Of a stretch of 57,287 nucleotides of DNA, positions 9,535 to 18,063 are shown piece by piece. A program made the translations under genes and the position numbers. The notes beneath the pieces were generated by a model. It saw only the letters and a program-made list of their open reading frames with translations, did no database searches and was not told the origin of the DNA. Source of the stretch: an uncultured Verrucomicrobiota bacterium (lineage in GTDB: Bacteria > Verrucomicrobiota > Verrucomicrobiia > Limisphaerales > UBA1096); NCBI GenBank assembly GCA_913030945.1, contig CAJWEP010000002.1, positions 1 through 57,287 on the forward strand, given 5' to 3'. Position 1 is the first letter of the stretch. Each line of letters opens with the position of its first letter.

Positions 9535-9810
9535 TCAGTCTTCGTCCGCGCCGGGCCAGGCACCGCAGGCGGCCTTGGTGGTCGCTGCAGGGATAGGTTC
9601 GTCCGTAGGATCGCTGAAGGCCAAGAGTACCTTCTCGGCTCGGTCCGGTTGCCCACTCTCCAGCGCCTTCAGCGCCTCGCGGTAGGCGTTGTATCGAAAA
9701 TCCGTCTCGCCGCCAGCGCGGTCCACGCGATCCATAAACGCCGCGATGTCGATCAGCCTCGCCCGGGCGTCCAAAAAATAAAGGTCGAGGATGTTTTTTT
9801 GGTCAGCCAT
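9535..9810 (-). CDS. hypothetical small protein leading the ebo-like genes
   Basis: 91-aa ORF, 12 nt upstream of the TatD-like gene on the same strand. No motif recognised. Confidence 0.45.
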   Translation of the reverse strand: MADQKNILDLYFLDARARLIDIAAFMDRVDRAGGETDFRYNAYREALKALESGQPDRAEKVLLAFSDPTDEPIPAATTKAACGAWPGADED

Positions 9811-9860
9811 TTTTCAGTGTAAAGGAGGGAAATAAACACCCGAATCGACTCGTTGGCAAT

Positions 9861-10907
9861 CTATTGCTGATCGGCAGTTGAGCTGGGCTTCATCACCCGC
9901 CAAATGCCAGCGGCGATACTGCCCAGGATGCAGTGTGTCACGGCGCTGACAGCACATGGCACGGCGACGAGCGGCAGAGCCGCGAAATGCTTCGTGGCCA
10001 AGGCGGTGCCTAGGCCGCTGTTCTGCATACCCACCTCGATCGATACCGTGCGGCTCGATTGCTCGTCGAACCTCATCAACCTAGCCAATCCGTACCCCAG
10101 CCCAAAGCCGCCGACGTGCAGCATCAGCACCGAGGCGACCAGCGTTTGCCAGTTCCCGAGGATGGAGTCACGGTTTTGAGAAAGGATGTAACCGACGATC
10201 AAGATGATAACGAGCACTGATACGAACGGAGAGACAGCGGCTATCCGCTTGGATACCTTACCGAAAAAGTGGTTAATCGCGATCCCGACAGCGACCGGTA
10301 GGATGACGATGACCAATATACTCTGCAACAGGCCAAGAGCATCCACCGGCACCTGTTCGCTCACGTAAAACTTGGTGAGCAGAGGGGTCAGCACAACGGC
10401 CATCGTCGTAGAAATGGCGGTCATGCTGACGGATAGTGCTACATTTGCCCGGGCGAGAAACGCGACGACGTTCGAAGCGGTCCCGCCGGGGCAACTGGCA
10501 ACCAGCACCAAGCCGACGGCCATGTCCAGGGGCAATTCCATCAAGTGACCGATGCCCCACCCGAGTATTGGCATCACGGTGAATTGAAGTGCCACGCCGC
10601 CAACCAAGGCGAACGGGATCACGAATACCCGCCGGAAATCGTCGAGGGTCAGCGTTAGCCCCATCCCCAGCATGATGATGCCAAGGCCGATGCGGATCAT
10701 CGTACCGTTGGGAATATCGCCCTCACCCCACTCGGGATGATCCTCGGTTCCAAACTTGCCGTCAGGCCCTGAGTGCCAATCAAATGCGCTTGGCCAGACA
10801 AGCGCTACCACGGCGACAAGCACGGACCAGAGTGGGAATAGGTTGGTCAAGCACCGAAAAAAGGTTTGCACGGCGCAGATAGAGACCGCTTGGCCTGATA
10901 GCGGCAA
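9861..10907 (-). CDS. bile acid:sodium symporter (BASS/SBF) family transporter
   Basis: 348-aa polytopic ORF. The EVGMQNSGLGTALA block is characteristic of BASS-family transporters. Confidence 0.8.
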   Translation of the reverse strand: MPLSGQAVSICAVQTFFRCLTNLFPLWSVLVAVVALVWPSAFDWHSGPDGKFGTEDHPEWGEGDIPNGTMIRIGLGIIMLGMGLTLTLDDFRRVFVIPFALVGGVALQFTVMPILGWGIGHLMELPLDMAVGLVLVASCPGGTASNVVAFLARANVALSVSMTAISTTMAVVLTPLLTKFYVSEQVPVDALGLLQSILVIVILPVAVGIAINHFFGKVSKRIAAVSPFVSVLVIILIVGYILSQNRDSILGNWQTLVASVLMLHVGGFGLGYGLARLMRFDEQSSRTVSIEVGMQNSGLGTALATKHFAALPLVAVPCAVSAVTHCILGSIAAGIWRVMKPSSTADQQ

Positions 10908-10972
10908 TCAAAATTTAGTAAAAATCCCGGCTTCGGCTTGAGTTGCCGGAGGAGCGGGATTAGATTGCCGAC

Positions 10973-11554
10973 ATGAAGCGTTTGTTGTTTGGCTTGTTTT
11001 TGGGTGCAACCTGCCTTTTGGAACCCACCGTCGCCCTGGCGCAGGGGGCTTCACTGGAGACACGCGCGCTACGGGAGGATTATCGGCGATTACAGAGCCA
11101 ACTGGCGGATCTTCTCGAGGCGCACAATGCCCTTAAGAGCGAACTCTCCAAGCTCAGCACCGAGGTGCGTCTGCTCCGTGCCCAAGCGGCGACAAAGGAT
11201 CCCGCCACCGTCACCAGGGCCGACCTGGAGGGGTTGGCCAAGTCGATCCGCGAAATCGACAGCAAGCGCGTTCAGGATAAGAATCTGATTCTCAAGGAGA
11301 TGCAGGCGTTGCTTCGATCCGCCCCAACAGGGGCTAAGCCGCCCGCCGCGGCGCTCCATCCGGAAAAAGGCTTCGACCACTCCGTCGAAGCCGGCCAGAC
11401 CATCTCGGCCATCATCGCCGCCTACAACAACAAATTGAAAAGCCAGGGTGTAAAAAAACGAATCACACTTAAGTCGGTACTCGAGGCCAACCCGAACCTG
11501 AATCCGCGGACGATACGGATCGGCCAATCGCTTTTCATTCCGGACCCGAGATAA
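10973..11554 (+). CDS. secreted coiled-coil protein with C-terminal LysM domain
   Basis: 193-aa ORF with a signal peptide, a heptad-like Leu/Glu-rich middle and a LysM-like C-terminus (HSVEAGQTISAIIAAY...IRIGQSLFIP). Confidence 0.7.
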   Translation: MKRLLFGLFLGATCLLEPTVALAQGASLETRALREDYRRLQSQLADLLEAHNALKSELSKLSTEVRLLRAQAATKDPATVTRADLEGLAKSIREIDSKRVQDKNLILKEMQALLRSAPTGAKPPAAALHPEKGFDHSVEAGQTISAIIAAYNNKLKSQGVKKRITLKSVLEANPNLNPRTIRIGQSLFIPDPR

Positions 11555-11571
11555 CATCGCGCCCGAGCCTG

Positions 11572-11937
11572 ATGGATTTCTTGACAGAGAATTGGAGTAC
11601 AATCGTCTGGGCGGTTCCCGGGACATGGGTGGTTATTATTCTGGCGGTTTTCTGGGCGCTGCCCAGGATTGACTTTCGCGTCGGTTCCAACGCCGTGGTG
11701 ATCGAGTGGATGGGCTACGCCCTGCGCCGAATCCCGCTGTCGGACATCAACCGGGTCTCGAAGCGACTCAAGGGGAAGCCAGAGGTTTGGAGGAACACCT
11801 TGAGGGGGAACCACCGGATGCTGGTGCTTTACCGAAAAAGCGGCAAGCGGCCGGTGGTGATCACGCCTCACAACCGGTACGTGTTCCGAAACCAACTCGA
11901 GGCGAATCTCCAACGGCTGGCTTCCCCGGCCGCCTAG
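11572..11937 (+). CDS. hypothetical small membrane protein
   Basis: 121-aa ORF, 18 nt after the LysM gene, with one N-terminal TM helix. No family recognised. Confidence 0.45.
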   Translation: MDFLTENWSTIVWAVPGTWVVIILAVFWALPRIDFRVGSNAVVIEWMGYALRRIPLSDINRVSKRLKGKPEVWRNTLRGNHRMLVLYRKSGKRPVVITPHNRYVFRNQLEANLQRLASPAA

Positions 11938-12812
11938 CCGTAGTCCGGTGTGTACGATTTGCGCCGCGACCGGAGCCAGGTCTTCAACCCGATGCCCAGC
12001 TTGTCCAAGTGATTGATTTTCAACCTCCTCCCGTTCGACTGAAACACATTGTACTGAACAGCTCGAAGCTTCCCCAGCAAGCGCCAGTAGATGCCCCCCA
12101 TGGCTTCCGAGGCCACGAGCCGCTGCCTTTGCTCCTCCGGAAATGATTCGCGGGCCAGGCGGTAATGCGCCCAAGCGCGTTCGGCGATTTCCTGGGTGGC
12201 GTTCGCGTATCCAGCAGAGAAGCGACCGTTCAAAATGTCTTCCTCGGCGACCTCGTGTTTTTCCAGCATCGATTGTGGAAGATAAATCCTGCCCCGTTTG
12301 GCATCCTCGGCGACGTCGCGCAGAATGTTCGTCAACTGCAGCGCTTGGCCAAGATTTTCCGCGTAGCGTTCCGCCTCATCGCCGTCACATTTAAAAATTC
12401 GGATGCTCAGCAGGCCCACCACCGAGGCGACGCGGTGGCAGTAAAGTTTCAGTTCGTCAAAGTCCCTGTAACGGTTTTTCTCCAAGTCGGACTCCATCCC
12501 GACGAGCAACTCGTCAAACAAATAAAAAGGCAGAGCGAATTGGCGGATGAACGGGCGCAACTCGCGGCAAACCTGGAATTGGGGTTCCCCCCACTCGCAG
12601 GCTCTGCGGATGTCGTCCCTCCACTGCTGCAGGCTTGCAGCGCGCTTGACCGACGGCACGGAATCATTGTCGGCAGCATCGTCGACTTCCCGGCAGAAGG
12701 CATAGAGCGCGACCATCGCATGGCGCTTGGCCTTGGGCAGCAAGAAAAAAGCGGCTGCCAAATTGGAGCCGCTTTTTGCCGTAACCAACTGACTTTGTGA
12801 TGGTTGGATCAC
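11934..12812 (-). CDS. squalene/phytoene synthase family protein (HpnD/HpnC/CrtB-like)
   Basis: 292-aa ORF with the Asp-rich motifs FCREVDDAADN and NILRDVAEDAKRGRIYLP. Confidence 0.8.
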   Translation of the reverse strand: MIQPSQSQLVTAKSGSNLAAAFFLLPKAKRHAMVALYAFCREVDDAADNDSVPSVKRAASLQQWRDDIRRACEWGEPQFQVCRELRPFIRQFALPFYLFDELLVGMESDLEKNRYRDFDELKLYCHRVASVVGLLSIRIFKCDGDEAERYAENLGQALQLTNILRDVAEDAKRGRIYLPQSMLEKHEVAEEDILNGRFSAGYANATQEIAERAWAHYRLARESFPEEQRQRLVASEAMGGIYWRLLGKLRAVQYNVFQSNGRRLKINHLDKLGIGLKTWLRSRRKSYTPDYG

Positions 12813-13195
12813 TAATCCGGTTTTGTTTCGTCGTCCTCCGGTGTAGCACTGTTCTTAGGAGGCAGACCGCCGGTTTCAGAGAGGGTCGGATTTCGTTTTC
12901 GGTGATCCCGGCGGCGGCGCTTGTGGCGGCGGCGCTTTTTGCGCCGGGTGCCCTCCTCGCCCGGGGCCATCGGCTTGGAAGTTGTCAGACGGGCAGCGCG
13001 TCCGCGCTTGGATTGCCTTCCGCCACCAACACTGTGCATCGCTAGGATCACCATGGCGATGATGAGGGCAAGGCCAAGCGCGATGGTGACGATCAGCAAC
13101 GGCATCTTGATCGAGTCCAGAAAACCGTCGGTATTCGGGTTGCCGGGATTCATTAGGGCCAACAATTGCCCTTGCGTTGTCATTAACAGGTTCAT
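12812..13195 (-). CDS. hypothetical single-pass membrane protein with extremely Arg/Lys-rich tail
   Basis: 127-aa ORF. Its start overlaps the regulator stop by 4 nt and its stop shares 1 nt with the next start. It has one TM helix followed by RRKKRRRHKRRRRDHRKR. Confidence 0.5.
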   Translation of the reverse strand: MNLLMTTQGQLLALMNPGNPNTDGFLDSIKMPLLIVTIALGLALIIAMVILAMHSVGGGRQSKRGRAARLTTSKPMAPGEEGTRRKKRRRHKRRRRDHRKRNPTLSETGGLPPKNSATPEDDETKPD

Positions 13196-14607
13196 TCGGC
13201 GACTGGGTTCCCCTCATCATCCGTGTCAGTCTCTGGGGTAAGCTGCAGGCGTGTCATCCGGTAGCGCAAAGCGTGCCGACTGATGCCCAGTTTCTGCGAG
13301 GTTCGGCTAAGGTTCTTGTCATTGCGTGCCAACTCGGTGCGAATTATGTTACTCTCGAATGAAGCAAGCGCCTCCTCAAGTGAAAGCCCCTCATAGGACG
13401 AAGCGGAGTCATCCTCCTTTCGCAGGCGCGTCTCGAACCTAAAGTCAGGCAGGTTCATGGGGTGGATCATATCGGAGGTTGAGAGGATCACCGCACGCTC
13501 CATCGTGTTTCGCAACTCACGGACATTGCCCGGCCAATGGTGGCTTTCGAGCATGTGACGCACCTCACTAGAGAGCGGCTGAAACTGCTTGTTCATCTTG
13601 CGGCCGAACCCCGATAGAAAATGCTCCGCCAACAAGATGACATCCCCGTCACGATCCCGCAGTGGCGAGACTCTCAACTGAACCACGTTCAATCGATGGT
13701 AGAGGTCCTCCCTAAAATCGCCGTTCTCAATGGCTTCAATGATGTCCCGGTTGGTCGCCGCAATGATCCGAACATCCACCCGGAGTTCCTCCGTTCCGCC
13801 GACGCGGACAAATGTGCCATCCTCGAGAAACCGCAGCAGCTTGGCCTGAAGGGATCGGGACATCTCGCCGATTTCATCCAGGAACAGAGTGCCGCCGTTG
13901 GCCTCCTCCACCTGGCCGCTCTTCTGTTTCACCGCGCCGGTGAAGGATCCTTTTTCGTGCCCGAACAATTCGCTCTCGAGCAGCGTCTCCGGGATGGCCG
14001 CGCAGTTCAATCGAACGTACGGCTCCTCGCGACGCTGGCTGGAGTGGTGAACGGAACCGGCGATCAGCTCCTTGCCGGTGCCGCTTTCGCCAAGGATCAG
14101 AATCGTTGCTTCGGTCGGGCCAACCGTCCGGATCATCTCACGCAGATCCTTCAGGCTTTGGCAGTTCCCGATGATGTCGTCCAGCTGGTAGCCATACGGC
14201 AGGCGTGCCTTGAGCTTTTCGTTCTGGCGGATGAGTTCGTGCCGCTCGGCGCAGCGGTTTACGGAGTGCAGCAGTTCCTCCGGCTCGAACGGCTTGGATA
14301 GGTAATCGATGGCCCCGGTCTGGATCGCCTCCACCGCCAGTTTCGGCGTGGCGTAGGCGGTGATCATCAGCACAGGCAGGTCCGGCCAGCGCTCATGCGT
14401 TTCGCGGAGAAAATCATAGCCGCTCATCCCCTCGAGCCGCGCGTCAGTGATAACCATGAAATAATCAGACTTCTCAACCACCTTCAATCCATCCTCCGCT
14501 GACTCGACGGTGTCCACCTGGTATCCCCGCGACTCAAGAACGGTCTTGAGCGAATCGCGCATATTGCGCTCATCGTCAACGACCAGTAGGCTTTGGTTTC
14601 CGTTCAT
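13192..14607 (-). CDS. sigma-54-dependent response regulator (NtrC family)
   Basis: 471-aa ORF with a receiver domain, an AAA+ domain (Walker A GESGTGKE and GSFTGA loop) and a C-terminal Fis-type HTH. Confidence 0.9.
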   Translation of the reverse strand: MNGNQSLLVVDDERNMRDSLKTVLESRGYQVDTVESAEDGLKVVEKSDYFMVITDARLEGMSGYDFLRETHERWPDLPVLMITAYATPKLAVEAIQTGAIDYLSKPFEPEELLHSVNRCAERHELIRQNEKLKARLPYGYQLDDIIGNCQSLKDLREMIRTVGPTEATILILGESGTGKELIAGSVHHSSQRREEPYVRLNCAAIPETLLESELFGHEKGSFTGAVKQKSGQVEEANGGTLFLDEIGEMSRSLQAKLLRFLEDGTFVRVGGTEELRVDVRIIAATNRDIIEAIENGDFREDLYHRLNVVQLRVSPLRDRDGDVILLAEHFLSGFGRKMNKQFQPLSSEVRHMLESHHWPGNVRELRNTMERAVILSTSDMIHPMNLPDFRFETRLRKEDDSASSYEGLSLEEALASFESNIIRTELARNDKNLSRTSQKLGISRHALRYRMTRLQLTPETDTDDEGNPVAE

Positions 14608-15983
14608 TTCGACTGGAGCCGAATGGCTGTCCTCCCTGGGAAGAATAGATTGAACCGTGTGTATTTTCCAAGTTCCGATTCAATTTTAACAGTACCGCCG
14701 TACAATTCGGTGTTGTGGCGGACGATGGCCAGCCCCAGCCCGGTGCCCTTTTCCTTGGTGGAGTGGTACGGCTCGAAGACCGATTCGAGGTTCTCCGTCG
14801 GTATGCCTGGGCCGTTGTCCTCGATGACCACCCGGAAGGTGTAGTCGCCCTCATAGCTGGTTTTTATCCGGATTTCGCCGTTGTTGCCCAGCACTTCCCG
14901 CGCATTTTGAATGACATTGACGAACACTTCGCTGATGTGCTCGGGTTGGGCTAGCAGCGGCGGCAGGGCGATCCCGTAATCGCGCCGGATGCGGATGCCA
15001 AACTTGGTGCCCTTCGGGAACACCTGCATAATGGCTGCGTCGAGCGTCTCGTTTACGTCGAGCTTGGCCAAGCGCCCCTCGACCAATTGGGCATAGCCCA
15101 TCAGCTTGGTGATGATCTGGTCCGCCCGGTTCACCTCCTCGCGAATCAGGCCCACCTGGCGCTTGGCCGTTTCGTTTTCATTCGTCGCTTGGCCAAGCGC
15201 GAATGCGGCATTGTTGATGATGCCCAGCGGGTTCTTCACCTGGTGCGCGATCTCCGCCGCGAGCCGCCCGGATGCCTGAAGCTGGCTCTGGCGCCGGTCG
15301 TACTCGTCCTCCTCGGCCTCCATGCGACGCTGCTTGTCGATCAGCACCTGCAGCCCGTAACCGCAGGCCGTCATCAACATCAGCAACAACGCCCGCAGCA
15401 TGACCGGCTCGCCCGTGATGTTCTCGAGTTCCTCCTCCGAACGCGCAACCACGATGTCAAACGCACCGGCACAAAGATAGATCACGCTGACGGATAGGTT
15501 CGCCACGATCTGCGTCGTGGCGATGGGCATGCTGATCGCGTTGCGAATCTGCAACCCCAGGAACATCCAAAACAGGAAGCTCTCAAAGCCGCCAGTCAGT
15601 TCCGTCATCATCGCCAGCAGCAACGCGTCGAACAGGCAGATGGAAAATACCACCTCCCGGAGCATCCGCGTTGAAAACTCCTCCATCCGGATGAGCATCA
15701 CGCCAATGATTACGTTGACGATGAGGCAGAAAACGAAGAACCACTGTATGGTGCGCAACAGCGTCCAGCGCACCCGGTCGGCGTCTATCATCTCGGGCCA
15801 CTCGATAAAGTAGAGATAAAAAATGAGAACGAGGAAGTAAACCACCTTGACTGGCAGGATGGTGTTGCGCTCCATGAACCGAATACGTGCACGTTGCGAG
15901 CCGTCGTCGGGCGCAACGGACTTGAACAACTGGGACAGCCGCCACCAGTCGATCCAAGTCTTGCTGCCCCTTGGGGAAGCCAT
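14604..15983 (-). CDS. sensor histidine kinase with multi-TM N-terminal sensor
   Basis: 459-aa ORF with about 5-6 TM helices, an H-box (EIAHQVKNPL) and an HATPase G-box (GTGLGLAIV). It overlaps the regulator start by 4 nt. Confidence 0.85.
   Translation of the reverse strand: MASPRGSKTWIDWWRLSQLFKSVAPDDGSQRARIRFMERNTILPVKVVYFLVLIFYLYFIEWPEMIDADRVRWTLLRTIQWFFVFCLIVNVIIGVMLIRMEEFSTRMLREVVFSICLFDALLLAMMTELTGGFESFLFWMFLGLQIRNAISMPIATTQIVANLSVSVIYLCAGAFDIVVARSEEELENITGEPVMLRALLLMLMTACGYGLQVLIDKQRRMEAEEDEYDRRQSQLQASGRLAAEIAHQVKNPLGIINNAAFALGQATNENETAKRQVGLIREEVNRADQIITKLMGYAQLVEGRLAKLDVNETLDAAIMQVFPKGTKFGIRIRRDYGIALPPLLAQPEHISEVFVNVIQNAREVLGNNGEIRIKTSYEGDYTFRVVIEDNGPGIPTENLESVFEPYHSTKEKGTGLGLAIVRHNTELYGGTVKIESELGKYTRFNLFFPGRTAIRLQSK
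15186..15199. repeat. perfect 14-bp palindrome CGCTTGGCCAAGCG
   Basis: Exact match read from the sequence. It lies inside the histidine kinase gene and encodes ALGQA. Confidence 0.95.
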
Positions 15984-15987
15984 TTGA

Positions 15988-16551
15988 TCAATCGTCCACC
16001 CGCTCCACGCCCAGCAAATTCAGCGCATGGATGGCAATTCCGTCCACGGGCCAGAGCCGCCCGATGCCCTCGTAACCGCACGACAACAGCCCCTTGTCCG
16101 GGCCGATAAACTCCGCACCTCGCTCCCTCAGTGTTGCCACATTGGCCTCGGTGGCGGGGTGCCGCCACATCTTGCCGTTCATCGCCGGGGCCACCAGCAA
16201 CTTGGCCTCGGACCGCAGCGCCAGCGCCACACAGCCCAGCGCATCGTCTGCCAGGCCGAGGGCCAGCTTGGCAAGGGTGTTGGCCGTGGCCGGGGCCACC
16301 AGCAGCAAGTCGGTACGATCGGCGGCTTGGACGTGGGCGACGCCATTCTCCCCCTCGTCGTACAGGCTGGTGATCACGCTCCGGCGAGTAAGCGTCTGAA
16401 ACGGAAGCGGCTTGACGAACTGCTGCGCATCCCGGGTCAGCACGACATCCACCTCGCACCCGGCCTTGGTCAACAGGCTCGCCAAGTCGATCGCCTTGTG
16501 GGCGGCGATCGAGCCACTCACACCCAGCACAATGTTTTTTGGTTTACTCAT
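15988..16551 (-). CDS. coaC: flavoprotein, phosphopantothenoylcysteine decarboxylase-like (standalone CoaC/HFCD family)
   Basis: ORF trimmed to the internal Met (MSKPKNIVLGVSGSIAAHKAIDL...), the typical flavin-binding N-terminus of CoaC. No CoaB half follows. Confidence 0.7.
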   Translation of the reverse strand: MSKPKNIVLGVSGSIAAHKAIDLASLLTKAGCEVDVVLTRDAQQFVKPLPFQTLTRRSVITSLYDEGENGVAHVQAADRTDLLLVAPATANTLAKLALGLADDALGCVALALRSEAKLLVAPAMNGKMWRHPATEANVATLRERGAEFIGPDKGLLSCGYEGIGRLWPVDGIAIHALNLLGVERVDD

Positions 16552-17170
16552 GGGTCGGAATGGCTTCGCGCTTGGCCAAACGGACGTTCTCGATGATGCC
16601 AAGCAACCGGTCGACGTCGACCTCGCGGGTTTGGCTGGTCAGCGAGTGGTCAAATTTTTCGGCCTGATCCATTTCATCCTTCGCGATGGCCAGGCGCCTG
16701 GCGATCGCTTCCTCGGAGTCGGTACCCCGGCCGCGAAGCCGCTGCTCCAGTTCCCCGAGGCTTGGCGGGCACAAAAACACAGTGATTAGCGAGCGACTCA
16801 ATACCGGGTCGGTTGCGGCGCGTTCACGGATGGTTGCCGCGCCTTGCACGTCGATGTTGAGCAGCACGTCGCTTCCCTCGGCGAGCTTGGCACGCAGCTC
16901 CGACTTGAGCACGCCGTAATAATTACCGTGCACGACGGCGTTCTCCAGAAACTCACCACCTTCGACCCGGGCGAGGAACTCTTCCTCGTCGAGAAAATAA
17001 TAGTCCACTCCGTCCAATTCCCCGTCCCTCGGCTTGCGGGTGGTGCAGGTCACCGCGCGGCTTGCGCTTGGCAGCGCGGCGCGGACGTTGTCGCAAAGGG
17101 TGCTCTTGCCGGCACCGGATGGTGCGGAAACGACCACCAAAAGCGGCGCGCTGGAAACGGCACTGCTCAT
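16544..17170 (-). CDS. gmk: guanylate kinase
   Basis: Contains the P-loop SAPSGAGKST. The start was trimmed to Met58 of the track ORF, which gives an ATGA overlap with the yicC stop. Confidence 0.9.
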   Translation of the reverse strand: MSSAVSSAPLLVVVSAPSGAGKSTLCDNVRAALPSASRAVTCTTRKPRDGELDGVDYYFLDEEEFLARVEGGEFLENAVVHGNYYGVLKSELRAKLAEGSDVLLNIDVQGAATIRERAATDPVLSRSLITVFLCPPSLGELEQRLRGRGTDSEEAIARRLAIAKDEMDQAEKFDHSLTSQTREVDVDRLLGIIENVRLAKREAIPTHE

Positions 17171-18048
17171 TCGACGTTTTGAACCTGCTCGCGGATTTTC
17201 TCGAGCTCGGTTTTCAGGGTGACCACTTCCCCAGAAATCACTCCATCGTTTGCCTTGGAGCCTATCGTGTTGATTTCCCGGAACATTTCCTGCGCCAAAA
17301 AGTCGAGCTTGCGCCCCACCGGCTGGGTGACGCGGAGGCACTGCTCAAGCTGGGCAAAATGACTGTCAAGCCGGGTCAACTCCTCGGTAATATCCATCCG
17401 GTCCGTGTAATAGACCATCTCCCGTAGCAGCCGCTCGTCGTCCGCCCCAGGCGTCTCGACGTTGGCATTGTTCAGCCGCTCAATCAGTCGCTCGCGATGC
17501 TGCTTCAGAACCGCCGGAGCGCGCCTGGCCACCCGCCTGGCCACGCGCCTCAGACCGGCCAGGCGCTTGGCCAAGTCCCGGCCCAGGTTTGTCCCCTCTT
17601 TCTCGCGCATGGCCTGCAATGCCTCGAGCGCCTGGCCGAGCGCCCGCTTTGCCGGGGCGCGAAACGCCTTGCCATCGAGCGTCGGCTCGGAGGGCTCCAG
17701 CACGCCGGGCAAACGCAGCAAAGTCTCCAGCGAAAGATTGTCCGGCATCTTCAGCGACTTGGCCAGCCTGACCAGTTCCCGCCGGTACGCCCTGGCCTGC
17801 TCCTCGTTGACAGCGTTCGAAACAGTTCGGCTCGCGCCGGAATGCTGCAGTGCCACCCTGCCGTTGACCCGACCGCGGGAGATGGAGGCGAGGATCATGT
17901 CGCGCAATTCCGGCTCGATGGACTCGAGCGCAGGCGGAATCCCCAGCGACACTTCCGCCTGTTTGCGGTTCACCGTGTTCAACTCGACGGTGATATGCAC
18001 GCCCTTTGCAGCACATTCACCCCGTCCGTAACCGGTCATTGATTTCAT
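17167..18048 (-). CDS. yicC: YicC-family stress-induced protein
   Basis: 293-aa ORF with the MKSMTGYG N-terminus characteristic of YicC. It sits in conserved yicC-gmk synteny. Confidence 0.85.
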   Translation of the reverse strand: MKSMTGYGRGECAAKGVHITVELNTVNRKQAEVSLGIPPALESIEPELRDMILASISRGRVNGRVALQHSGASRTVSNAVNEEQARAYRRELVRLAKSLKMPDNLSLETLLRLPGVLEPSEPTLDGKAFRAPAKRALGQALEALQAMREKEGTNLGRDLAKRLAGLRRVARRVARRAPAVLKQHRERLIERLNNANVETPGADDERLLREMVYYTDRMDITEELTRLDSHFAQLEQCLRVTQPVGRKLDFLAQEMFREINTIGSKANDGVISGEVVTLKTELEKIREQVQNVE

Positions 18049-18063
18049 CGCTTCAACACCATC

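Noticed and set aside
7512-9822. 274-aa and 273-aa plus-strand ORFs (7512-8336 and 9001-9822)
   Set aside because: They are antisense to the EboE-like and TatD-like genes, which have family-typical N-termini. They show no motifs and an Arg/Val/His-rich composition.
15788-16459. 223-aa minus-strand ORF overlapping coaC in another frame
   Set aside because: It has extreme Arg/Gly/Pro/Ala composition. The alternative frame encodes a typical CoaC flavoprotein N-terminus.
16544-17341. Long N-terminal extensions of track ORFs for gmk, cimA (to 47108), htpG (from 30799), the HAD gene (to 31064), dapB (to 35372), trmL (to 47380), grpE (from 19522) and hemL (to 49805)
   Set aside because: The extensions are Arg/Pro/Gly-rich, overlap upstream genes and precede family-typical N-termini that begin at internal Met codons. 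Several of the trimmed starts create ATGA-type stop/start overlaps. The starts were therefore trimmed.
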